From assembly GCA_964016885.1 (NCBI GenBank), contig OZ024740.1:219480001-219544000 (forward strand): a stretch of 64,000 nucleotides of DNA. The letters run 5' to 3'. Numbering within the stretch: the stretch's first letter is position 1; each line of letters opens with the position of its first letter. The translations under genes and the position numbers were made by a program. The notes under the pieces were generated by a model. That model saw nothing but the letters and a program-made list of their open reading frames with translations. It did not search any database and was not told where the DNA came from. Source of the stretch: Eledone cirrhosa. Taxonomy: Eukaryota. Positions 28,737 through 42,320 of this stretch are shown here, in pieces.

Positions 28737-31139
28737 CTACTCACTTGGTACTGGGACAAGAATAAAATAAATCTTATATGGTTTTCTTGGATATGAAACA
28801 CCAGCTGGGGATGGTCATTTGCATATAGTGCAAATAAAATATTGGCTAGAGATGCTCCTTTGTATATAGTGTGAACTTGACTTGCTAGGATTAATTAGCA
28901 GTAGCATTAACATAATAGGGTTCATAATAGGTATGTATATGAAGACATATATGATATGTTTATGTATAACAAGCATACAAGAGTATGAATATTGTTCTGA
29001 ATATTGCTATGAATATTTTAACCTGTGATCATTATGACAGCTACCTCAGTAGACTGAGAATGTCAGACACCTGCTTCTGGATTTTTGTCCAGCATTTGTA
29101 ACATTTACTCCCACAAGACTGAGTTTAACTCTATATATCATTTATTGAATATCATAACAACAGCTAATAATGCTATCTTTAATTGAACACAGTAATTAAA
29201 TATAACTCAATTTGAATTGCTCACTATTGTAGATATTCAGATAGTTGTTTAAGTTTTAAGTATTTTTCTCCTAGAAAAAATACAGATTTTATGATGTTAT
29301 AATTGTTTCTACTTTTGGCACAAGGCCAGCAATTACCTAGTGTATTACTGGTACTTTATTTTATCGACCCCGTAAGGATGAAAGGCAAAGTTAACCTCGG
29401 CGGGATTTGAACTCAGATCATAAAGGGATGTAACTCTATGCTTCAAAGCATGGTGTCTGACATTACTAACATTACGTGGTAAGTGTGTTGCTCTTATGAT
29501 TATAATATCATGGGTTAAATTCCTGGACCAGGAAGTGTGTTATGTTCTTGATATAATTTACTTTTTTATGAAAATAAAATACAGTAAACAAGTAACTAAA
29601 AAACCCAATCTAACTCGAGAACAACTATCCATGTGTCTTCTATGTTTGCATGCCAAAGTATTAGCTAACACTAAATATTTTTCCTAAATATTACATTTAA
29701 CCCGAATGTTATTACAACTGATGTTGAAAATGTTGTAAATCATCAAATCCATGTATATAATAACACTGTGATGAACTAACATCCTGCCTTGTATTCTCAA
29801 TAGCTGAACCTCAGTGAAACTGGGATAAGTTCCAGTCTGATGAGCCTTTGGGTTCATGACAGATTTTAACCTCTTTTTTTTTTGCCTCCTGACTTAAACT
29901 TGAGACTTTGATTTCACAGAAAATAAAAAGGCTTTATTTTATATTAATCTGATGATCTCCAAAAAGAAAGATTTGTTGCTTCAAATGATTAAAACCTTGT
30001 GGTTTATATAATGTCTTCATTATTGGTGAATTGGCAGAGTCGTTAGAACGTCGGATAGAATGCTTTATGGTATTCGTTCCAGCTCTCTGCTCTCAGAGTT
30101 CAAATCCCGCCGAGGTCAACTTTGCTTTTCATCCTTACGGGGTCGATAAAATAAAGTACCAGTAATGCACTGGGATAATTGCTGGCCTTGTGCCAAAAGT
30201 AGAAATAATTATTAAGAACAAAAATATATATACAATGAAATAAAATAAATATAATTTTACAATGGAATGGTAATAACCATAAATTAATTCTGCCTCAAAA
30301 ATGCCTAATCCAATCCATGCTACCATCGTGAAGAAAATCATCATCGTTTAATATCCATTTTTCCTGCTAGCAATGGTTGGACATATCACAGATAGATCAG
30401 TGCTGAAGCAGAACCTCTGACTTCCAGGTAGGCTGGCTGCCTGACATACAATCCCATGCTCTACTAAGTGCATTTTATTGTGACACCAAACACTAGGGAA
30501 GTTGTCATGATATTGGAATCTTTTTGTTTGGCAAGTTTTCTATGGCTGAAAGCTTTTCCTATCACCTTCCACTCTACAGTGTGTACTAGATGGTCATTTA
30601 TCACGTAGATCAGGTTGGCATGTCTATGACACAGCTAAAGAGTCTTCTTGACCCTATATTTAGCAAGTCTTCTATAGTTTGATGCCCTTTTTATCACCAA
30701 CCTCTTTTCGAAGTGTACTGAGTCCTCTCAAACCTTTTGGCATAGTTTCTACAGTTGGGTGCTCTTCCTTTTGCCAACCACCTTACAGGGTGTAATAGAT
30801 ACATTTATTGTGGCACTGTCACTAGAGAATCTGTCATCATTGACTCAACTGAAGAGCCCTCTCTACTCTATGGACAGAGTTATGGTGTTGCCTAGTGTGG
30901 ACGTTTTTTTACAGGGTGAGGGGTAGTGAATGAGAGGAGGGATATTAGGTAGTGTGGGTGGTACAATGGTGATAACAGCTACTATGGGATTATGTCTGGT
31001 GTGTCAAAGTTAAGGAGTGTATCTAGAGTAGAGTGGAGGATGGGTGGGTGTGACGCTGGGTAGAGTGTGGTTCTGAGAATAGCTACTATAACTGTGGAAA
31101 TGGTGGCTTGTGGGGTGGGGCTACAGTAAAAGTGATGAT

Positions 31140-31600
31140 AGCTGGTAAGGGGTGACTGTGGTCAGCCCCCATTACTTCATCCCATGTCTTTGTGCATCTG
31201 TCTCTTCCACGAGTTCCCTCCACAAAGATTTCTCTGCACTTCTTTAAACAGCTGTCATCTTCCATGTACATCATATATCCATATCATTGCATTTTTCTAT
31301 CCTACACTAAATTTGATTCCTTTTATGCCAAGTTTTTTTCTCAGTTTACTTATGCTACATAGTTCATGCACACTAACATTACACATCCATTGGAACATAC
31401 TCACTGTATTTCTTTCTAGCCTTCTCAGGTCTTCTGTAGTCAAGGTGCATGTCTTATTGCCATGTAGCATTACAGCTGACATGCAGGCATCATACAGTCT
31501 ATCCTCCACTATGAGAGATATTATTCTTAATTTAGTTATCACAGTTTCAAAGCATCCTCATTCCCTGCTGATTAAGTCACATAAGTAACAAAAACTGTCA
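31140..31600 (-). mobile_element. Old degenerate RTE LINE fragment
   Basis: RLYDACMSAVMLHGNKTCTLTTEDLRRLERN..WMCNV aligns with the RTE ORF at 38164-40524. Confidence 0.8.
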
Positions 31601-32113
31601 ACAGTTCTAGGGAGCACCCCTTGCAGCTTTGTGTTCTTAGTGCTTACTTTTCTTGTAGTGAATAAATTTCATTGGGAATGAAGACATGTTCAGATGGGTA
31701 GAAACAGTTATAGTAGCAATAAAATAGACTGAGAGATAACATATCTTAATGATAGTGAATAAATATATAAATATTAATGTTTGGGAGAGAGGACAGAAGT
31801 AGAGGAATGGGAAAAAAGACATGGCAAAAGATGATGGAGAAGGAAATAAAAGCCTGGGCATTGGTGATAAAGGATGTAGAGGATAGGAAAATAGATGAGA
31901 TCGCCATGAGGCTAAAAAATGCTTTTTCTTAATGTATAATATTCAACAGGTAACAACATAGGGTAGAAAGGACTCATTAGTCATGCCCTGTGCCATGATA
32001 AATGCACCTACTACATTGTGTAAAGTGGTAGGCATTAGGAAGGAATCCAAAACTAGAGCGTGTGTGAGTACATGTGTAAGCAAAACATGGTCTCCCAATT
32101 CCATCTATGGTGG

Positions 32114-32144
<31 letters not shown>

Positions 32145-34353
32145 GGTGGTGGTGGTGGTGGTGGTGGTGGTGGTGGTGGTGATGATGATGCATTTAAGAA
32201 TAATTGTTTCTAATTTTGGCACAAGGCCAACAATTATCCCAGGGCATTACTGGTACTTTAGTTTATTGACCCCGTAAGGATAAAAGGCAAAGCTAACCTC
32301 GGCAGGATTTGAACACAGAACATAAAGGGTCATAACTTCATGCTACAAAGCATTGTGTTTGATGCTCTACCGATACTGCCAATCCACTGCCCTGCATTTA
32401 AGAATAATAAAATCTAACAGAGTGAACTACTTCATTCATAATATTTGAGCAATTATTCCATAGTGGTGATTCTGACTAGAGGTGTTGATTTTATTGAAAC
32501 CAAGCTGGGTGATATGCAAGTGCAAATTAACCAATTGCAAGACAAACTAAGCTTATGAGTTGCTAATTTCTATCAAGTCTAGGTTTATTGAAAATTATGT
32601 TTAAATCTAATGTAGCTAATGTATAGAAGAGGATGCTTTATAAAGTGTCCATTTTATTGTAGTTATGAAATAAGGTTCGGTTGAAAACAGAAGAAAATAC
32701 TGCTATTAGTGACAGAATAGTGTTACTGTGTTAGGATTGGTGAGTTCTGAGACAAGAGAAACACATAATTTAACTGACATATATTTTGGATTGTAGCCAG
32801 AAAGTGCAGTTATTTGGCAAACTGAAGTTTTATGAGTGTATGTGTATCCTTATGTTTATATGCTTGTGTGTATGTGTGTGTGTTTATGTACATGTAAGTG
32901 TGTATGTGCATGTATATAAGTGTGTGAATGTGTGTGTGCATGTGTGTATAGGCATGCATGTGTATATATGTGTGTGTGTGTATATGTGCATATGTGTGTG
33001 TGCATGTGTGTGTATATGTATGTATGTATATATATGTGTGTGTGTGGCTTAGTGGTCAGGGTGTTTGGTTCATGATTGTAAGGTCATGAATTTGCCTCCT
33101 GGCAATCATGTGTCCTTAATAAAAACACTTTGTTTCATGTTCTTCCAGTCCATTCAGCTGTACATTCAAAGGTCCAGCCTTGACCGGGGCCTATGAGAGG
33201 GAGGTCCAGCCAGTACTTTGTTCTGGGGCCCAAGAGCTAAGAAGGCCCCACAGCAACCATTTAATATCCATTTTGAGAAAAATCTTTGCCTGCTTCGGGC
33301 TCCAAAGGAGTCTTGTACCTCCTTGCAAAAATTTCTCTAGGAGGCCCTGACCTTGACACACATTCTGGCTACACTGAATCTCCCTGAGAATTACATTAAG
33401 GATACAAATGCCTGTGGAATGCTCATCCACTTGCACATTAATTTCATGAGCAGGGTATACCATTGATCAAACAACTGAACATTTATCATCATAATTGAAG
33501 GAGGTTTGACAGTGTGTGTGAGTGTGTGTTTGTGTGTGGGTGTGTGTGTGAGTGTGTGCGTTTGTGTGTGTGTGAGTATGTGTGTGTGAGTGTGTGTGTG
33601 TATGTGTGTATGTTTGTGAATGAGAGCGTGTGTATGAGAGCGTGTGTGTAATTGCATGTGAGTGAGTGAATGTGTGTGAGTGAATGAATGTGTGTGTGTG
33701 TGATTGTGAGTATGTGAGTGATTGTGTGTGTGTATGAGTGTTTGTGTGATTGAGTGTGTGTGCATGTGTGTGTGCGAGTGAGTGTATGATTAAGTATAAT
33801 GTGAGTGAGTGTGTGAATGTGTGTATGAGTGTGTGTCTGAGTGTGTATGTGTGTGTGTGTGTATCTGAGTATCTGTGTGTATGTGTATTTGTATTTTACA
33901 AATTTGTTATTAGCTGTTGTTATGGGTTGAAAGCTTTGAAAAATATAACCAAAAAGCTTTTTGTGTATTGAATGAAAAATGTGAGAGAATAAACCAATCA
34001 CTTTGATGAAGTGCTTTGAAAAGTTCTTTTTTTTTTTCCCCCATATTTGTGATTTGGTTTTCTATAATAATTGATCATAATGAACCATTGAAAACCATGT
34101 TTGTTTTATATTGTTCATACATTTTTAATTATGTAAATTTTTCAGTGAAAAAAAAGAAAAATAATCATCTTGGTATATGTTTGGAAAGTTAGCATATTTT
34201 GCTGCTGCTTTGACTATTTTACCCCCCCAAAATGACATATTTATGTGTGTGTGTCTTTGTATATATATATATACACACACATATATACACCCATGCAAGT
34301 GTGGAAAAATAGAAGTTAAATGTTGATGAAGATGATATATATATATGTGTGTG

Positions 34354-34412
<59 letters not shown>

Positions 34413-34496
34413 CATAATCATCATTTAACACCTATTTTTCCATGCTTGAATATATATATATATATATAAAAATAATATTACTATTAATAATAGTAC

Positions 34497-34528
<32 letters not shown>

Positions 34529-34614
34529 CATAGAAATATATAAACATGCATCTAACTATCTATTTATCTTTCTCTCTCCCTCTCTCTCTCTCTATATATA
34601 TATATATTTATATA

Positions 34615-34691
34615 CAGGTGTCCCCCAAAAATGTATACACACCTCATCAGTATTCTAATAAATGTGTGTATACATTTTTGGGGGACATCTT
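34615..34691. mobile_element. Tiny Tc1/mariner-type MITE; related left end at ~55394
   Basis: TA|CAGGTGTCCCCCAAAAATGTATACAC ... GTGTATACATTTTTGGGGGACATC. Confidence 0.7.
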
Positions 34692-34753
34692 CATATATAT
34701 ATATCATCATCATCATCACTGTTTTACGTCCATTTTTACATGCTTGCGTGGGT

Positions 34754-34819
<66 letters not shown>

Positions 34820-35921
34820 TACACAATCTGTTTAGGTCACTTAATATTAATCTAGGAAGGACTGAAAAAAAGAAAATTATTTCTCAATTTTTTAGTGTTT
34901 TTTTTTTTCTATTTTATGCTCATCCTAATTTCTAACACTGAAGTTATTAGCTGCGAATAATTACCCAAATTGATTTGTTGCTTCAGGTATTGATTTCACG
35001 CAGCTGATCAATTACTTGTCAACTTTCTCAAATATCCATAATGCATAATAACTAAAATGATCCAATCAGTGAAAAGCAAAGCTTCTAAGTCTGTTATCTT
35101 TTTTTTTGGGGGGGGGGGGGGGGGGGGGTCTTTTTGCTATATTATAATTATTATTATTATTACCATCATTATCATCATCATCATCATCATTTTTATTATT
35201 ATTATTTTTATTATTATTATTATTATTATTATTTATATATTTATTTATTTATTTATTTATTTGGGTTTTTTCCCTTTTAAATATTATAAATTTTATCAAT
35301 TTTTAATGACTTGTTACCGTTCGTTAGAAATCTACTTCACGAACATTGCCTGTTGCTCCTCTGTGAATTCCAATTAAGCGACACTAAATATATTGATTGG
35401 TAATTTCTGGTTTTGTTACAGTAAGTGATAATATCATTGCTTAGTCTCCACATGAACAAACTACATCAAATATTTCATTTCTGTTTGAGGTGGAACCAGT
35501 ATATATTATTATGTCCTGCTAACTGTAATAATAACATCTACAAGCTTCTATTATAACGAAACAACAACCAGCAATAATTATAAAATATTGAAAAAAATAA
35601 GAATTGTTTTTTCTCTAAATTAATATTTATTGCTTTACTAGATTGAAAATAAAGCCCCCCCCCCCCACACACACACACTCACACAAACATACACAAACAC
35701 ACACACACACACACTCATACACACACACACACTCATACACACACACACTTATATGTGTGTGTGTGTGTGTGGGGGGGGTTATGTATATACATTCATATAT
35801 ATTTAACCCATGAAAACATGGAAAATAGATGTTAAATAAGGATGATGATGATGATGATGATGTCTGCATATTCATATTTGTATGTATATGCAACCTCCTA
35901 CATATATACATAAATGAATAT

Positions 35922-35963
<42 letters not shown>

Positions 35964-36005
35964 GAATATTAATAAATGAAGACATTCACATAATCAAAAT
36001 ATATG

Positions 36006-36067
36006 TTTTATTATATATATTTCGAAGGTACTATGGTGTTTTTTCAGTACGTCCTCATCAGATAAAA
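36006..36067 (-). ncRNA. Type I hammerhead ribozyme motif
   Basis: Minus strand: UUUUAU-CUGAUGA-GGACGUACU..AGUACCUUC-GAAA-UAUAUA-UA-AUAAAA. Confidence 0.85.
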
Positions 36068-36182
36068 TACATGAATTGATGTATCACATAACTCAACATT
36101 CTTGATGGTTCAATTCCAGTATTGGCAATACTGGAATTGAATCATCAAGACCGTTGAGGTATGTCATACATCAATTCATGTA

Positions 36183-36245
36183 TTTTATCTGACGAGGACG
36201 TACTGAAAAAAACAGCACAGTACCTTCGAAATATATATAATAAAA
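36183..36245 (+). ncRNA. Type I hammerhead ribozyme motif (sense to INVS pre-mRNA)
   Basis: UUUUAU-CUGACGA-GGACGUACU..AGUACCUUC-GAAA-UAUAUA-UA-AUAAAA; predicted cleavage after 36239. Confidence 0.85.
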
Positions 36246-36389
36246 CATATATTTTGATAATGTGAATGTCTTCATTTATTAATATTCTGAATAATATTAA
36301 TAACTCCAGAAAACTTTTATTGTAGAGTGCTTTTAATCTATTGTAAAACTATATTCATTGAGTAATCAATGAACCATATTAATCTTTGG

Positions 36390-36427
<38 letters not shown>

Positions 36428-36471
36428 ATAATAATAAATGTGAAGACTAAAATCCAAAGATTTAATCTGTT

Positions 36472-36526
<55 letters not shown>

Positions 36527-37054
36527 GCGTGTGGCTGAGTGGTTAGAGAATTGGATTCGCAATCGTAAGGTTGTGAGTTCGATTCCTGGACCAGGCGATG
36601 TGTTATGTCCTTGAGCAAGACACTTTATTTCACGTTGCTCCTTCTACCTGGAGTTGCGACCGATAGATAGTATTAGCAATTGGAAAGACCAACGGAAACA
36701 TTGTTCCCTCGGTCTGATTTGACGAAAGTCGATCGTTCCTTATATATATATATATATATACATTGCAGGTTGTTCTAGAATTCTATGTGTATAAAATGTT
36801 ATAATGTTATATGAAATAGGAAAACACTTTATTAGTGTTGGCAGCATTGTTTATATATTACATACCATTAATAGAAGTGGCTAAATGCCAATGTATCAAA
36901 GCTTACATTTACTTTTGTTTATTGTGATATCAGAGATTCATTTGTTCTGCTATAGTTTATTAAAATATACCTAAGATGATTGCAGATATTAAAATCTTAA
37001 TGGTTACCATTTTCATTTAATTTATTTTTGATATAAAAGTGTTATAATGCAGTA

Positions 37055-37810
<756 letters not shown>

Positions 37811-40524
37811 CATCATCATCATCATCATCAACGTTTAACGTCCGTGTTCCACGCTGGCATGGGTTTGGACGGGGGTAGTCCCACTTGAGGCAAGAGTGAT
37901 TGTCTTGCTCGCATAGGACTGTCTGGCAGGTTTTCTACAGTTGGATGCCCTTCCTAACACCAACCACATTTACAGTGTGGGTCTGGGAGGTTTTTACCGT
38001 GTTGCCTACACGGCCACATTACAGCGTGGACTGTGTGTTTTTTTGTCGTGACACCTACACGATCTCATTTGTTTCGGCCTGGATGGCGCGGCACCAACAT
38101 AACTTTACATAGAACGGGGTGGTGTGGATGGGGTGGGGGTGGCGGCGGGAGGGGTGTATTTTGTTAGAGATGCCTACTGGCAAGGCGGGTCTTCTCTGTT
38201 ACTGAGTACCGCCAAAGGTCACGGTCCAGTGACATTGTCTTGGAGAGGTGTAAGTGTGTGAGGTCGGAGTTTATCAGCTCATCCCATGTTTTTCTAGGTC
38301 TGCCTATTCCGTGGCTACCGTCTATCTTTATTGCCCTGCACTTTGTAATACAGCTATCGGCTTTCATGCGCATCACGTGTCCATACCAACGCAGCCTTCT
38401 CTCGAGTAAACAACATCTGATCCCTCTTATCTCTAATTTTTTCCTTAGTTCGTTTATGCTTTGCCGTTCACGTATATTACTGTTACACATCCAGCGGAGC
38501 ATGCAAGCTTCGTTCCTCTCTAGTCTGCGTATATCCTCTGCACACAATGCCCAGGTCTCACTACCATGCAACATTGCTGTTCGTATGCAGGCATCGTACA
38601 ACCTGCCTTTCATTTTTAGGGAGAACCCTTTAGCAGCTAATAGTGGTATAAGCTCTCTGAACTTTTTCCAACCAGTTCTGACTCTAGCTACAGTACTTTC
38701 AGAGCACCCTCCCCCACTGCTGATTTTATCGCCCAGGTAACGGAAGCTGTCCACTATTTCTATAGAACCCTCTGCGCAATTGAAAGAGCTAGTATTTTGT
38801 GGGCACTTGCTGCTACTTATTGCACCAGAACACCGGCCACATGTAAAGTCTATGTTCTTAGTTAGCTTACCTGTGATCCCACTACATCTTTTATGCACCC
38901 ATACTTTGCATTTAGGACATAAGATGGAGTTTCTACCTACGCCTTTCCTACATACCGAGCACGACCATTTCCCAGAAGGGACCGCCGCCTTGTTTTCTTT
39001 CCTACAAACTAGAACTTTGGTCTTAGCCAGGTTAATTTTAAGTCCTTTTGACTCTAGGCCGTGCTTCCATGTTTGGAATTTCTTCTCTAGCTTGGCCATT
39101 GATTCCGCTATGAGTGTCAGGTCGTCTGCGTATAGGAGTTCCCATGGGCAGCCTGTCTTGAACTCCTCTGTTATAGCCTGAAGGGCAATAATAAATAGTA
39201 GGGGGCTGAGAACAGAGCCCTGATGGACGCCAACTTTTACGCTAAACTCTTCACTATATTCGTTGTTAATTCTAACCTTGCTGACTGTTTCTTTATACAT
39301 GGCTTGTATAGCCCTCACAAGCCATTCGTCAACGCCTAGTTTTCTAAGAGCCCACCAGATAATGGAGCGGGGGACTCTGTCGAAGGCTTTCTCCAGGTCG
39401 ACAAAAGCTAAGTAGAGGGGTTTACCTTTAGCTAGGTACTTCTCCTGTAGTTGTCGTACTATGAAAAGAGCGTCTGTGGTGCTTTTGCCTGACACAAACC
39501 CGAACTGCATTTCATCTAGATCAATTCTCTCTCTGATTAGTTGCGCTATTACTTTTTCCGTGACCTTCATGACCTGGTCGATTAATTTAATGCCTCTATA
39601 GTTACTCCTATCTAGGGCGTCTCCTTTACCCTTATAACAGTTAACGATGATGCTGCTATGCCAGTCCTTCGGAACAACCCCATTCTGTACGACTTGGTTA
39701 ACTATGCGGGTGACCATGGTGTGTCCCACCGTGCCAGATGCCTTCAGCATCTCAGCAACTATTTCCGAAGGCCCAGCCGCCTTACCAGTCTTCATATCCT
39801 TGATTGCCTTACTTATTATACTCCCCTCGACTAACACTGCTGGTCCCTCTATCGGGTCGATAAGGGGGAGACTGTCTTTCTCCCATTTATTCTCCTCATT
39901 TAGTAGCCTTTCATAGTGACACTTCCAAGCTACCTTCTTATCAGTGTCGGTGATGGCAAGTATGCCATCATCGTTAAGTACACACTTCTCCCCGACAATA
40001 TCACGGTTTTCCTTGACGCATTGCCTGGCAATCCTGAACACCTCACGTTTTTGGTCATCGCGTTGTAGAACATGCTTGAACTTTCTTTCCTCAGCTTCCC
40101 TTCTTGCTAAGTACACTTCTCTCCTAGCTTCCCTCCTGGCCACTTGATAGTCTACTCTACTTCCCCCATCCCGCCATACTTTCCAAGCCTGCTTTTTGGC
40201 CTTAATTGACCCCTCCACCCTATTGTTCCACCACCATGTTACTCTCCTCCTGCCTACAGGCCTGCTCCAGCCACAGACTTCGTCTGTCGCCAACAGCAGG
40301 TTTGCTTTCAGAAATTTCCACTGTCCCTCTATATTGTCCGATTCTAGATGCTCTTCCTTACTGTCGAAAGCATCAAGTAATATGCTTTGAAATTTATTTC
40401 TGGCTGTGGGGTCCTTTAGTTTCCATATTTTCCTCCTGAGGATAGTCCTCTTCTGCTGTCGGGTGCGTCTCGTCCTGACTATGAGGTCGCTAATTATCAG
40501 TCTATGTTGGGAGGTGCATTCTTC
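37811..40524 (-). mobile_element. Young 5'-truncated RTE LINE; uninterrupted ORF 40524-38164 (~787 codons): end of APE domain, RT, PHD-type finger
   Basis: EECTSQHRLI (APE end), NYRGIKL, QFGFVSGKSTTDA, FVDLEKAFD, GVHQGSVLSPLLF, YADD, FRYLG, WYGHVMR; (GAT)n tail at 37811-37829; both ends in (TA)n. The N-terminal IY repeats of the 950-aa track ORF are microsatellite. Confidence 0.97.
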
Positions 40525-40726
<202 letters not shown>

Positions 40727-40819
40727 TATATAATATATATATATAATATATATATATAATATATATATAATATATATATATAATATATATATAATATATA
40801 TATATAATATATATATAAT

Positions 40820-40958
<139 letters not shown>

Positions 40959-41895
40959 AGGCACATGGCTTAGTGGTTAGAGCATTGGCCTTGCAATCGA
41001 AAGGTTGTGAGTTCAATTCTCAGACCGAGTGATGTGTTGTTTCCTTGAGCAAGGCACTTTATTTCACATTGCTCCAGTTTACTCAGCTGTAGAAATGAGA
41101 TGATAGGACTGAGGTCCCTATCATTCCACTGCAAAGTGGACATGTAGGCACCATGGCAAAAAAAGCACCCAGCACTTACTGTAAATGAGGTTGGTATTAA
41201 GAAATCAATATGTAGAAATCAAGCCAGAATCAGTTCCCGTCCCACCCTTGCAAGCAGAGAAAAAGCAGACGTAAAATGATGATGATGATTTATATAAAGA
41301 TTTATATAATGGCTTGTAACTCCTTCATTCATTCATTTGCTTATATATATATATATATATATAACATATATTATATATATATTCCATATATATATAACAT
41401 ATATATTATATATATATATTCCATATATACATATATAATATACATATAACATATAAAATATATATATAATATATAATATATAATATATTATATATATATA
41501 TATATAACATATATATAACATATATAATATATATATATAACATATATATAACATATATATTATATATATATAACATATATATTATATATATAAAACATAT
41601 ATATATAACATATATATTATATATATATATATATAACATATATATTATATATATATATAAAACATATATATATATAACATATATATTATATATATATAAA
41701 ACATATATTCTATATATATATATAAAATATATATATTATATATATTCCATATATACATATATATATATTATATATATTCCATATATACATATATATATAT
41801 TATATATATTCCATATATACACACACATATATATATATATATATAAAACATATTTTAATTCAGTGTTCCTGTATTGTTTTTCTCTTGTTCTTCAG

Positions 41896-41961
41896 AGAAC
41901 AGCACTTCACAGAGCAGCATCCTATGGTAATATTGATCATGTAAAGATGCTTATTAAACAA
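41896..41961 (+). CDS. INVS: Inversin internal coding exon (66 nt, phase 0-0); not in the ORF track
   Basis: ttcttcAG acceptor at 41894-95, CAA|GTAAGT donor. Encodes RTALHRAASYGNIDHVKMLIKQ (inversin QTALHWSAYYNNPEHVKLLIKH). In frame with the previous exon. Confidence 0.9.
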
Positions 41962-42229
41962 GTAAGTTTCTAAAAATTAGCATATCTTCAACAAAATCCG
42001 TCTCTCTTTTTCTCTATGCCTCTCTCTCTCTCATTCATTCTTGTCACTCATTTTCACTCACATCTCTCTCTTATTCTTTCCCCCTTTTTCTTATTTTGCC
42101 AAAAAATATATATATGTATCTCTCCCTCTCACTCTCTCCCTCTCTCTATATATATATATGTCCTGCCCTTGCAAGCAGGGAAAAGCAGACGTAAAATTAT
42201 ATATATATATATATATACATTTATGTATG

Positions 42230-42320
<91 letters not shown>

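Larger units (their letters stand above)
35960..36392. mobile_element. PLE-derived palindromic element (arms 35960-36124 / 36126-36291, plus 3' tail) embedded in (TA)n
   Basis: Near-perfect ~165-bp arms with a near-zero loop at 36125; HHR in each arm; (TA)n on both sides. Confidence 0.85.

Noticed and set aside
29768-29860. C/D snoRNA, SECIS or hammerhead reading of GTGATGA...CTGA...GAAACTGG..CCAGTCTGATGAG
   Set aside because: No stem I for an HHR and no evident rRNA guide. The sequence fits the 3' part of an old Nin-type SINE also seen at ~63730-63790.
38240-40439. Plus-strand ORFs overlapping the RTE (also 10451-11489 and 46330-47388)
   Set aside because: Antisense shadows of the LINE reading frame.
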